A stretch of 61,785 nucleotides of DNA from an uncultured bacterium (lineage in GTDB: Bacteria > Deinococcota > Deinococci > Deinococcales > Trueperaceae), in assembly GCA_964529575.1 (NCBI GenBank), contig CAZGXF010000002.1, positions 1 through 61,785 on the forward strand. Direction: 5' to 3'. Both the position numbers and the translations under genes were made by a program. Below are positions 40,165 through 49,064 of this stretch, piece by piece. How positions within the stretch are numbered: position 1 is the first letter of the stretch; each line of letters starts with the position of its first letter. The notes beneath the pieces are model-generated. The model was not told the origin of the DNA. It was given only the letters and a program-made list of their open reading frames with translations, and did not search any database.

Positions 40165-41094
40165 TCAGGCGACGGCCTGCGCCTTGCGGGCCGCCGCCAG
40201 GCGCTCGTACAGCTCGCGCTGCTCCGGCGTGAGCGTCTCCGGGACCGTCACACGCACCTCCGCCAGGAGGTCGCCGCGGCCGCCCCCGCGCTGCGGCCAG
40301 CCCTGGCCGCGCAGCCTGAGCACCCTGCCCGTGGAGCTGCCGGCCGGGATCGTCAGCTCGCCGGTGCCGTCGAGGGTCGCCACCTCGACCTTGCCGCCCA
40401 GCGCGGCCACGTCGTCCGGGACCTTCACCTGCACGCGGAGGTGGTCGCCATCGAGGCGCCAGACCGGGTGCGGCAGGTGCCTGACCTGCAGCAAGAGGTC
40501 CCCGCCGCCCGGAGCCTGCCCCCGCAGGCGCAGCTTCACGCCGTCGCGAACGCCAGGCGGCACGTTCACCTCCAGCTGCCTGTCGCCCACCCGGATCGTG
40601 GTGGGCCCGCCGCGGTAGGCGTCGAGGAGCCCCAGGTCCAGCCGCGCCTCGGCGTCGGCGGGGCGGGGCGCGGGACGGGCGCCGGTGCGGCCGAACGCGA
40701 ACGGGTCGGCGGGCACGCCGCCGGAGGCGGAGCGCGCGTCGCCGCCCATGAAGCTCCCGAACAGGCTCTGGAAGAAGTCGGAGAAGCCGGCGAACTCCTC
40801 CGGCGAGACGTTCGTGTAGAACGTGCCGCCCTGGGAGCCGAAGGGGGAGCCGCGCGCGAAGTCGGGCACGCCGCCCGTGCGCCCGTAGGCGTCGTACAGC
40901 TTGCGCTTCTCGGGGTCGGAGAGGACCGTGTAGGCCTCGTTGAGCTCCTTGAAGCGCTCCTCGGCGCTCGGGTCGTCGGGGTTGCGGTCGGGGTGGTGCT
41001 TGGAGGCGAGCTTGCGGAACGCACGCCGGATCTCGTCCTGCGACGCGTCCCTGCTCACGCCCAGCACCGCGTAGTAGTCCTTGTACTCCGCCAT
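40165..41094 (-). CDS. dnaJ: J-domain co-chaperone DnaJ, type II (no zinc-finger domain)
   Basis: J domain [34 protein letters not shown], then a G/F-rich region and C-terminal substrate-binding domains. There are no CxxCxGxG repeats. Confidence 0.9.
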   Translation of the reverse strand: MAEYKDYYAVLGVSRDASQDEIRRAFRKLASKHHPDRNPDDPSAEERFKELNEAYTVLSDPEKRKLYDAYGRTGGVPDFARGSPFGSQGGTFYTNVSPEEFAGFSDFFQSLFGSFMGGDARSASGGVPADPFAFGRTGARPAPRPADAEARLDLGLLDAYRGGPTTIRVGDRQLEVNVPPGVRDGVKLRLRGQAPGGGDLLLQVRHLPHPVWRLDGDHLRVQVKVPDDVAALGGKVEVATLDGTGELTIPAGSSTGRVLRLRGQGWPQRGGGRGDLLAEVRVTVPETLTPEQRELYERLAAARKAQAVA

Positions 41095-41123
41095 CCCCTA
41101 CGCTCCCGTCGGCGCCGAGAGGC

Positions 41124-41708
41124 TCAGGCGCCGTCCTTGGCGACCACGACCTTCGCCGGCCTGACCAGCCGCTCGCCCTTGACGAAGCCGGCCGAGTAGA
41201 CCTGGACGATGGTGCCGTCGGCCGCGTCCGGCCCGGCCGGCACCGCGGCCAGCGCCTCGTGCAGCTCGGGGTCGAACGGCTCGCCCTTCAGGCCGACGGG
41301 CGTGATGCCGAGGGCGTCGAGCTGCCTGAGCAGCGAGTCGCGCACGGCCCTGACGCCGGTCACGAACGGCCCCTCGAGGCCCGCCGCCGTGGCCGCCTCC
41401 AACGCCCGCTCCAGGTCGTCGTACACGTTCAGCACCGGGATGACCATGCTGTCCATGCCGGCCTCGCGCTCGCGGGCCAGCTCGGCCTCCATGCGGCGCC
41501 GGTAGTTGTCGAACTCGGCCCTGGCGCGCAGGAACCGGTCGCGGCTCTCCTCGGCCTCGCGCTGCAGCCCCTCCAGGCGCTCCTGGGCACGCCGCAGCTC
41601 GTCGCGAAGGATCTCCACCTCGGCCTCGCCGGCCTGCTCACGGCCTTCGGCGGGGGCCTCAACCCCCGCCGTGGCCGTCGTCTCTTCCCTACGGTCCTCT
41701 TCGGTCAC
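41124..41708 (-). CDS. grpE: nucleotide exchange factor GrpE
   Basis: Coiled N-terminal region, FDNYRRR, and C-terminal beta-domain [16 protein letters not shown]. Confidence 0.93.
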   Translation of the reverse strand: MTEEDRREETTATAGVEAPAEGREQAGEAEVEILRDELRRAQERLEGLQREAEESRDRFLRARAEFDNYRRRMEAELAREREAGMDSMVIPVLNVYDDLERALEAATAAGLEGPFVTGVRAVRDSLLRQLDALGITPVGLKGEPFDPELHEALAAVPAGPDAADGTIVQVYSAGFVKGERLVRPAKVVVAKDGA

Positions 41709-41720
41709 CGGTCAGCCCCC

Positions 41721-43607
41721 TCAGCCCGCGGGCTTGAAGTCGGCGTCGATGACTTCCTCGTCGTCGCCCTGGCCGCCCTGCTGCTGGCCCTGGTCGGCCT
41801 GCTGGGCCGGCTGCTGGGCCGTGGACTGCATGAACGCCTGCAGCTTCTCGGCCAGCTCGCGGGCCTTCTGGTCCACCTCGTCCTTGCTCGGGTCGCCGTC
41901 GAGGAGACGCTGGGCCTCGGCGATGGCGTCCTGCAGCGGCTTCTTCTGGTCGTCGGTGGCGCCGCTCGCGTCGTCGAGGGCCTTCTGCGCCTGGAGCCTG
42001 AGGCCGTCGAGCTGGTTCTTCGCCTCGGCCATCTCGCGCAGCTTGCGGTCCTCCTCGGCGTGCAGCTCGGCCTCCTTAACCATCCGCTCCACCTCGTCCT
42101 CGCCGAGCGTGGTGGTGTTCTGGATGGTGATCGAGGCCTCCTTGCCCGTGGACTTCTCGCGCGCCGTGACGTGCAGGATGCCGTTGGCGTCGATGTCGTA
42201 GGTGACCTCGATCTGCGGCATGCCGGCCGGCATGGGCGGGATGCCCTCGAGGTTGAAGCGGCCCAGCGACTTGTTGTCGCGCGCCATGGGCCGCTCGCCC
42301 TGCAGCACGTGGATCGGCGCGGTCGTCTGGTTGTGCTCGGCGGTCGAGAACACCTCGGTCTTGCGGACCGGGATCGTCGTGTTCCTGTCGATCAGCTTGG
42401 TGAACACGCCGCCCTTCGTCTCGATGCCCAGCGAGAGCGGGGTGACGTCGAGGAGCACGATGTCGTCCACCGCGCCGGTGAGCACGCCGGCCTGGACCGC
42501 CGCGCCCAGCGCGACCACCTCGTCGGGGTTCACGCTCTGGTTCGGCTCCTTGCCCAGCAGCTCCTTGACGATGCGCTTCACGGCGGGCACGCGCGTGGAG
42601 CCGCCCACGAGGATGACCTCGTCGATCTGCGACCGCTCGAGCTTCGCGTCCTTGAGAGCCTGCTCGATGGGGCCCCTGATGCGCGCCAGCAGCGGCTGGA
42701 TCAGCTCCTCGAACTTCGCCCGCGTCAGCTTCTTCTCCAGGTAGAGCGGGGCGTTCGAGGCCGGGTCCATGGCGATGAACGGCAGGCTGATGGTCGTCTC
42801 GGGCAGGCCGGAGAGCTCGATCTTCGCCTTCTCGGCGGCCTCGATCAGGCGCTGGAGGGCCTGCTTGTCCTTGCGGAGGTCGACGTTGTACTCGGCCTTG
42901 AAGTCGTCGGCGAGCCAGTCGACGACGGCGTGGTCGAAGTCGGAGCCGCCGAGGTGCGTGTCGCCCGACGTGGAGCGGACCTCGAAGACGCCGTCGCCGA
43001 CCTCGAGCACCGACACGTCGAACGTGCCGCCGCCCAGGTCGAAGACCAGCACGGTCTCGTTGCCCTTCTTGTCTAGGCCGTACGCCAGCGCGGCCGCCGT
43101 GGGCTCGTTGACGATGCGGAGCACCTCGAGGCCGGCGATCTTGCCGGCGTTCTGGGTGGCCTCGCGCTGCGAGTTGTTGAAGTAGGCCGGCACGGTGATG
43201 ACGGCCTTGGTCACCTTCTCGCCCAGGCGCTCAGAGGCGTCGTCGACGAGCTTGCGCAGCACCATCGCCGAGATCTCCTCCGGCGTGTACTGCTTGTCGC
43301 CCACGACGAAGCGCACGCCGCCGTCGGGGCCCTTGGCCACGTCGTAGGGGGCGCGCTCGGCCTCCTCCTTCACCTCTTCCCAGGTGCGGCCCATGAAGCG
43401 CTTGACCTCGAAGAGCGTGCCCTTCGGGTTCAGCACCGCCTGGCGCTTGGCCACCTGGCCCACCAGGCGCTGGTCGTCCTTGAACGCCACCACGGAGGGC
43501 GTGGTGCGGTTGCCTTCCGAGTTGACGAGGACGTTCGGCTCACCGCCCTCGATGACGGCGATGACGCTGTTCGTCGTCCCCAGGTCTATGCCTACGGCCT
43601 TGGCCAT
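41721..43607 (-). CDS. dnaK: molecular chaperone DnaK (Hsp70)
   Basis: ATG 43607 is residue 25 of the track ORF and has AGGAGA 7 nt upstream. [18 protein letters not shown]..., [10 protein letters not shown]. Confidence 0.98.
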   Translation of the reverse strand: MAKAVGIDLGTTNSVIAVIEGGEPNVLVNSEGNRTTPSVVAFKDDQRLVGQVAKRQAVLNPKGTLFEVKRFMGRTWEEVKEEAERAPYDVAKGPDGGVRFVVGDKQYTPEEISAMVLRKLVDDASERLGEKVTKAVITVPAYFNNSQREATQNAGKIAGLEVLRIVNEPTAAALAYGLDKKGNETVLVFDLGGGTFDVSVLEVGDGVFEVRSTSGDTHLGGSDFDHAVVDWLADDFKAEYNVDLRKDKQALQRLIEAAEKAKIELSGLPETTISLPFIAMDPASNAPLYLEKKLTRAKFEELIQPLLARIRGPIEQALKDAKLERSQIDEVILVGGSTRVPAVKRIVKELLGKEPNQSVNPDEVVALGAAVQAGVLTGAVDDIVLLDVTPLSLGIETKGGVFTKLIDRNTTIPVRKTEVFSTAEHNQTTAPIHVLQGERPMARDNKSLGRFNLEGIPPMPAGMPQIEVTYDIDANGILHVTAREKSTGKEASITIQNTTTLGEDEVERMVKEAELHAEEDRKLREMAEAKNQLDGLRLQAQKALDDASGATDDQKKPLQDAIAEAQRLLDGDPSKDEVDQKARELAEKLQAFMQSTAQQPAQQADQGQQQGGQGDDEEVIDADFKPAG

Positions 43608-43724
43608 CACAGGTCTCCTCGCTCGCTTGAAGAGTCGCGCCTGCGCCGCTGCCCTGAGACGCGGGAGCCATGGCCGCACTGAGAGAACCTATGCGCGGCG
43701 GGCGCAGGCTCACGTCCGGCTGTT

Positions 43725-43754
43725 AGTATAGGTGGTTCCGCGTAGCAGTGTCAA
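43725..43754 (-). promoter_or_regulatory. near-consensus sigma-70-type promoter of the dnaK operon
   Basis: The minus strand reads TTGACA (43754-43749), an 18-nt spacer, then TATACT (43730-43725). The predicted leader is about 110 nt. Confidence 0.7.
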
Positions 43755-43778
43755 TTGATATGAGTCTGGTCATATCAA
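43755..43778. promoter_or_regulatory. AT-rich inverted repeat (candidate operator) abutting the dnaK -35
   Basis: TTGATATGA-N6-TCATATCAA, with perfect 9-bp arms, lies directly upstream of the -35 hexamer. Confidence 0.6.
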
Positions 43779-43880
43779 GTTTCCGACCGGCCTCCGGCCC
43801 GGACGACGGCCTCGCCTACGAGCGGCTCGTCGCCGGCCAGGGCCCGCGCTCCTCGGACGCCTGCGTATCCGCGAGTGCCC

Positions 43881-45380
43881 TCACCCCTCCCGGTCGTACC
43901 ACCGGGTCGAGTGCTGCACGGCGTACGGGCGCCCCGACGCGTCGAGGTGGAACCGGCCGCCGTCCCACGCTCCGAACTCGCCCACCAGGACGAACTCGGC
44001 GGTGCCGGGCCCCGCAGGCAGGCCGCCGCCTAGGAGCGCGACGCGACCGATGCGTTCCAGGTCCTCGCCCGCGTAGGCCACGAGCTCGCTGGCGCCTCCC
44101 TCGCCCTCGCCGCCCTCGGCCGCCCGCTCGACGCGCAGCTCGAGCCGACCCCACGGCTCGCCCGACGAGTACATGCCCGCCAGGCGCCGCATGGCCTCCG
44201 CCGCGCCGCCCTCCTCGCCGTGCGCCGAGAGCGCCTCGTGGCCGTGGCCGTACAAGGGGCGGTCGGCCGGGTCGCCCAGCGCGAGGTTCACGGCCGCGTG
44301 CCAGGCGCGCAGCGCCGGGGCGCCGTCGACGTTCGTCAGCACCGCCACGCCCAGGCCCAGCTCCGGCACGAACCCCTGCGACGAGGAGACGCCCTTCAGG
44401 GACCCGCCGTGGCGCACGACCGTGACGCCGCGGTGCTCGCGCACCGACCACGCCAGCGCGTAGGAGCCGCCCGGCTGCGACCAACCCCGCGGCCGCGTCA
44501 GCTCGGCCAGCCGACCCGCGGGCAGGCCCAGGGCCGCACCGTCGCCCGCGGCCAGGAAGCGCAGGTAGCGCGACAGGTCGAGGAGGTTCGACTTCAGGAA
44601 GCCGGTGCCGAGGTAAGCGGGCGCCCGGCTCCACGCCGGGGCGCGCACGACGCCTTCGCGCGTGTGGGTGTAGAGCGTGGCGTCGTCGCCGGTGGCCCTG
44701 GCCTCGTCGGGGTCGAAGGTGGTGGCGCGCATGCCCAGCGGGCCGAGGACCTCGGCCGCCAGCAGCTCGGGGAACGGCCGGCGCGTCACCCGCTCGATCG
44801 CCGCGCCCACCAACGCGACCCCCTCGTTGGAGTAGCTCACGACCTCGCCGGGGCCCGCCAGCGGCGGGCGCTCGCCCTGCCGCAGGTAGGCCATGAGGCG
44901 CTCGTAGTCGCTCACGTCCGGGTCCTGAGCGGTGTCCCTGTCCACGTACACGAACGACACGTCGCCGCGCTGGTCGGCCCGCAGGGCGTAGTCGAGCGCC
45001 CGCAGCGGCGGCACGCCCGAGGTGTGGCTCAGGAGGTGCTCCAGCGTGACGGCCTCGGGGTCCAGGCCCGGGTACCCGAATCCAGGAAGGTGGCGGGCCA
45101 CGGGGTCTCTCAGCGACCAGACGCCCCGCGCCTCCAGGAGGAGGGCGGCGAGCGCCGTGAACGACTTGCTCAGCGACGCCAGGCCGAAGACCGTGCGCGG
45201 GGTGACCGGCAGCCTGGCCTCGCGGTCGCGCCAGCCGAAGCCGCGCGCGTAGACGAGCCGGTCTCCCTGCGTGACGCACACGGCGGCGCCCGGCACCTCG
45301 GCCTCGGCGAAGAGCTTCGTCAGGAACGCGTCGTAGTCGGAGAGCCACGCCGGCGCGCCGCCGGACACCGTCTCTGTCAC
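43881..45380 (-). CDS. beta-lactamase-fold serine hydrolase (S12/D-aminopeptidase-esterase type) with an extra C-terminal domain
   Basis: SxxK motif in GLASLSKSF. GTG 45380 has GGAGGA 6 nt upstream. An alternative GTG at 45386 overlaps the upstream stop. Confidence 0.85.
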   Translation of the reverse strand: MTETVSGGAPAWLSDYDAFLTKLFAEAEVPGAAVCVTQGDRLVYARGFGWRDREARLPVTPRTVFGLASLSKSFTALAALLLEARGVWSLRDPVARHLPGFGYPGLDPEAVTLEHLLSHTSGVPPLRALDYALRADQRGDVSFVYVDRDTAQDPDVSDYERLMAYLRQGERPPLAGPGEVVSYSNEGVALVGAAIERVTRRPFPELLAAEVLGPLGMRATTFDPDEARATGDDATLYTHTREGVVRAPAWSRAPAYLGTGFLKSNLLDLSRYLRFLAAGDGAALGLPAGRLAELTRPRGWSQPGGSYALAWSVREHRGVTVVRHGGSLKGVSSSQGFVPELGLGVAVLTNVDGAPALRAWHAAVNLALGDPADRPLYGHGHEALSAHGEEGGAAEAMRRLAGMYSSGEPWGRLELRVERAAEGGEGEGGASELVAYAGEDLERIGRVALLGGGLPAGPGTAEFVLVGEFGAWDGGRFHLDASGRPYAVQHSTRWYDREG

Positions 45381-45382
45381 GG

Positions 45383-46228
45383 TCACTCCTCCACCGCCAG
45401 CGCGTCGCGCACGGCGTCGCCAAGGAAGTTGAAGCCCAGCACCACCAGCATGATCACGAGGCCGGGGAACACGCTGTACCACCAGGCCGTGAAGATGTAC
45501 TGCTGGCCGCGGTTGATCATCGTCCCCCAGCTCGGCAGCGGCTCCTGGATGCCGAGACCGAGGAAGGAGAGCGTGGCCTCGGAGAGGATGGCTCCGGCCA
45601 CGCCCAGCGAGCCGATGACGATCATCGAGGCCAGCGCGTTCGGCAGCACGTGCTTGGCGATCACGGCCGCGTCGCGCAAGCCCAGCGCCCGCGCCGCGGT
45701 CACGAACTCGCGCTCGCGCACGCGCAGCACCTCGGAGCGCATCACCCTGGCCTCGCCCGGCCAACTGATGAGCCCCAGCGCCAGGAAGATCGTCGTGGCG
45801 CCCGAGCCGAAGATCGCCACGATGACGATGAGGAACAGCAGCCCGGGGATCGCGAAGAACACGTCGGCGACGCGCATGATGAGGTTGTCGACCCAGCCGC
45901 CGAAGAAGCCGGCGGCGGCGCCCAGCACGATGCCGATGAGCAGGGCGATGCCCTCGGCGATGAGGCCGATGCGCATGCTGATGCGCGCGCCGTGGACCAC
46001 GCGCGAGAAGATGTCGCGCCCCAGCTCGTCGGTGCCCATCAGGTACTGGGCCGACGGCGGCTGCAGCCGCGCCGTCGCGATGCGCTGGGTCGTGGGGTCG
46101 TGCGGCGCGATCCAGGGCGCGAGGACCGCCACCAGCGTGAACGTCACGACGATCGCCAGGCCCACCAGACCGAGGCGGTGGCGGGCGAAGGCGCGGACGC
46201 GGCGCGAGGCGAGGAAGGCCGTGACCAT
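45383..46228 (-). CDS. peptide (Opp/Dpp-type) ABC transporter permease, C-type
   Basis: ATG 46228 shares its A with the upstream stop codon. The N-terminus ...LAPWIAPHDP...YLMGTDELGRD and the EAA loop are present. Confidence 0.9.
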   Translation of the reverse strand: MVTAFLASRRVRAFARHRLGLVGLAIVVTFTLVAVLAPWIAPHDPTTQRIATARLQPPSAQYLMGTDELGRDIFSRVVHGARISMRIGLIAEGIALLIGIVLGAAAGFFGGWVDNLIMRVADVFFAIPGLLFLIVIVAIFGSGATTIFLALGLISWPGEARVMRSEVLRVREREFVTAARALGLRDAAVIAKHVLPNALASMIVIGSLGVAGAILSEATLSFLGLGIQEPLPSWGTMINRGQQYIFTAWWYSVFPGLVIMLVVLGFNFLGDAVRDALAVEE

Positions 46229-47169
46229 CAGTAGCGGATCTGCGGGTTCAGCAGGGCGTAGACGACGTCGACGATGATGTTCACCACCACGAAGAGCATG
46301 GCCCCGAACAGCAGGGTCCCGATGATCACGGGCGTGTCGCGGCGCGAGATGGCGTTCACGACCGCCCGGCCCAGGCCGGGCCAGTTGAAGACGGTCTCGG
46401 TGACGACCGAGCCGCCCAGCAGGTAGCCGACGTCGAGGCCGATGACCGTGACGACGGGGATGAGGGAGTTGCGGAGCTGGTGCCTGAACACCACACGGTC
46501 GTAGCCGAGGCCCTTCGAGCGCGCGGTGCGCGTGTAGTCCTTGGAGCGCTCCTCCAGCAGCGACGAGCGCATCACGCGAGCGATCGTCGCCGAGAGGTGG
46601 GTCCCGAGGACCAGGGCGGGCAGGACCATGTAGTAGAGGTTGCCGCCGCCGTAGCCTGCCACCGGGAACAGGGCCACGCCGTAGGTGTCCTGGGTGAGGA
46701 ATATCTTCGCCAGCACGGCCTGCCAGAAGACGGGCATGGCCACGCCGAGGAGCGCCACCAGCATCAGCGTGTGGTCGATCCAGGTGTAGCGGTGGCGCGC
46801 GGCCAGGATCCCGGCGGGTATGCCGATGAGGACGGCCACGAGCAGCGCCCCGGCCATGAGCTGGAGCGTGCGCGGGAAGCGGTAGCCGACGATGTCGCGC
46901 ACCGACTCGTCGAGCACGAAGCTGCGGCCGAAGTCGCCGGTCACGCTCCGGTAGAGGAACCGTACGTACTGGACGTGCCACGGGTCGTCGAGGCCGAGCT
47001 GGTCGCGGACCCGCTGGATGGTGGCCGGGTCGGCGCGCTGGTACTGCTCGCCGAGGACGGCCCTCACCGGGTCGCCGGGCATCAGATAGGTGAGCAGGAA
47101 GATGACGGTGAAGACCCCGAGCAGCGTCGGGATCGCCCATAACAGGCGCCTGATGACGAACTGGAGCAT
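46228..47169 (-). CDS. peptide (Opp/Dpp-type) ABC transporter permease, B-type
   Basis: MLQFVIRRLLWAIPTLLGVFTVIFLLTYLMPGDP is the canonical N-terminus. Confidence 0.92.
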   Translation of the reverse strand: MLQFVIRRLLWAIPTLLGVFTVIFLLTYLMPGDPVRAVLGEQYQRADPATIQRVRDQLGLDDPWHVQYVRFLYRSVTGDFGRSFVLDESVRDIVGYRFPRTLQLMAGALLVAVLIGIPAGILAARHRYTWIDHTLMLVALLGVAMPVFWQAVLAKIFLTQDTYGVALFPVAGYGGGNLYYMVLPALVLGTHLSATIARVMRSSLLEERSKDYTRTARSKGLGYDRVVFRHQLRNSLIPVVTVIGLDVGYLLGGSVVTETVFNWPGLGRAVVNAISRRDTPVIIGTLLFGAMLFVVVNIIVDVVYALLNPQIRY

Positions 47170-47190
47170 GCCTCTACAGCCTCTGGTGAG

Positions 47191-47234
47191 GCGCGACCGA
47201 CCGGCGCCCGTTGCGGCGTGCCGGTCGGTCGCGC
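47191..47234 (-). other. intercistronic stem-loop between the binding-protein and permease genes
   Basis: A perfect 15-bp stem GCGCGACCGACCGGC / GCCGGTCGGTCGCGC with a 14-nt loop. Confidence 0.65.
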
Positions 47235-47261
47235 TCCGCGGTGACGAGACCTAGCCGGGTC

Positions 47262-48830
47262 TCAGGGGAGCCGGACGTACTTGAGCGGGGTGCGGTACGT
47301 GCCCGCCGCCGAGACCTGGAAGTCCTCGATGCCGGGGCGGAGCAGGTACGAGATCTTCGAGTAGCCCGAGGGGATCCACGGGGCGTCCGCCATGACGATC
47401 TCGTGCACCTGGCGGTAGATCGCGTTGCGCTCGTCGGGGTCGGCCGTGGCGCGCGCCTGGTCGAGCAGCGCGTTCACCTCGGGGTTGTCGTAGTGCGTGT
47501 CGTCGCGGCCGTGCGCGAAGAGGAAGTCGAAGACCTCGCTGGCGTCGGCCAGGTCCGCGCTCCAGCCCGAGAGGAACAGCTTCACGTCGGGCTCGCCCAC
47601 GTGGGTCCAGTAGGTGCTCGTGTCCTCCTTCTGCAGGACGATCGTGACGCCGATCTGGGCGAGCATGTCCTGGACCGCCACGTTCGGCGCGTCGTCGGCC
47701 GTGGCGAAGTAGTAGAGCGTGATGGGCTCCAGGCCCTCGCCGTTCGGGTAGCCGGCCTCGGCCAGGAGCTCCTTGGCGAGCTCGGGGTCGTAGGCGTAGC
47801 CCTCGACGTCGGAGCCGGGGATCGCCGGCGGCAGCACGCCCAGCGTGGCGGGCACGCGCGCGCCCTCCATCAGGACGTCCCAGATGAGCTCGCGGTCGAT
47901 GGCGTGGTTGAACGCCTTCCGCAGCGCCGGGTTGTCGGCGAAGGGGGGCTCGTCCATCTTGAAGCCCCAGTAGCGCACGTTCAGGCCCGGCATCTCGTTG
48001 TACTGGTCGGCGAACTCGGCCTTGAGCGAGTTGAGCTGCCCCGTGGGGAAGTTCAGCAGCACGTCCAGCTCGCCCTGCCGGTACATCAGCAGCTCGGTCG
48101 TGGCCTCCGGTACGTTCACGAAGCGCACGCCCTCGAGGAGCGGGTAGCCCTCCTCCCAGTAGTCGGGGTTCGCGCGCAGGACCAGCTCGTCGTCGCGGCT
48201 CCAGCGCTCGAAGACGAACGGACCGGTGCCGACCGGGCGGTTGCTGAGGTCGGGGCCCAGGGCCTCGAGGGCCTCCTGCGGCACGACGTAGGCGTTCACC
48301 AGGTCGATGAGGAACCTATGGTTCGGCGCCGTCAAGGTCAGCTCGAGCGTGTAGTCGTCCACGACCCGCATGCCCGCGACGCTGTCGGCCTCGCCGGCCA
48401 GGTACTCCTCGGCGCCCACGAGCGACAGGAGGTACTCGGGGTGCTGCGAGACGCTGGTGTCCTCGCTGAGGTAGCGCTGGAACGACCAGACGACGTCGTC
48501 GGCCTTCATCTCGCGGTCCTCGTAGGTGACGCCGGCGACGTCGTGGAACAGCACGCCCTGGCGCAGGTGGAACGTGTACGTCAGCCCGTCCTCGCTGATG
48601 TCCCAACCGGTCGCGAGCGCGGGGACGACCTCGGCGGTGCGGCCGTCGAGGGTGGTGAGCCCCTCGTAGACGTTGACGAGGATCCGGCGGGTGGCCACGG
48701 TGGTCGAGCGCCACGGGTCGAGGTGCTCCGGGTCCGCGCTCATCGGGTAGTTGAACGTGCCCTGCGCCGTAGCGCCGGTCGCGAGCAGCACCCCGGCCAG
48801 GACTAGCAGCAAGCGTCGCCTCAGGTTCAT
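47262..48830 (-). CDS. family 5 peptide/nickel ABC transporter substrate-binding protein
   Basis: ATG 48830 is preceded by AGGAGGA. Signal peptide MNLRRRLLLVLAGVLLATGATAQG. The track ORF extends spuriously to 50237. Confidence 0.92.
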   Translation of the reverse strand: MNLRRRLLLVLAGVLLATGATAQGTFNYPMSADPEHLDPWRSTTVATRRILVNVYEGLTTLDGRTAEVVPALATGWDISEDGLTYTFHLRQGVLFHDVAGVTYEDREMKADDVVWSFQRYLSEDTSVSQHPEYLLSLVGAEEYLAGEADSVAGMRVVDDYTLELTLTAPNHRFLIDLVNAYVVPQEALEALGPDLSNRPVGTGPFVFERWSRDDELVLRANPDYWEEGYPLLEGVRFVNVPEATTELLMYRQGELDVLLNFPTGQLNSLKAEFADQYNEMPGLNVRYWGFKMDEPPFADNPALRKAFNHAIDRELIWDVLMEGARVPATLGVLPPAIPGSDVEGYAYDPELAKELLAEAGYPNGEGLEPITLYYFATADDAPNVAVQDMLAQIGVTIVLQKEDTSTYWTHVGEPDVKLFLSGWSADLADASEVFDFLFAHGRDDTHYDNPEVNALLDQARATADPDERNAIYRQVHEIVMADAPWIPSGYSKISYLLRPGIEDFQVSAAGTYRTPLKYVRLP

Positions 48831-49051
48831 CCAGCTCCTCCTTGAAGTTGGGGGTCTCCCCGTACAGCTCGGCGTGCGCTGGCGCGCGCCTGCTGCTCCA
48901 CCGCCCGGTGAGGGTCGGGCCGAGGGTTGGCGAAGTGTACCCGAAGGGGCGCTGAGGTCTACCGGCCCCCGGCGGGCGCGCCGCTGGTCCGGCCGGGTGT
49001 GGCCCGAGCCCGCCTGGCGCGGTCCGCGCACGGGGCGGCCCCGCGCGGGCG

Positions 49052-49057
49052 TATCCT
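49052..49057 (+). promoter_or_regulatory. -10-like TATCCT 7 nt upstream of ATG 49065 (leaderless-type arrangement)
   Basis: TATCCT-ggcgccc-ATG, with no SD. Confidence 0.35.
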
Positions 49058-49064
49058 GGCGCCC

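Noticed and set aside
43755-43778. Assigning the dnaK inverted repeat to CIRCE (HrcA) or HAIR (HspR).
   Set aside because: There is no similarity to TTAGCACTC-N9-GAGTGCTAA. Against CTTGAGT-N7-ACTCAAG only 5 of 7 positions match per half-site, and only when aligned off the true symmetry centre. It is therefore reported as an unassigned operator rather than a named one.
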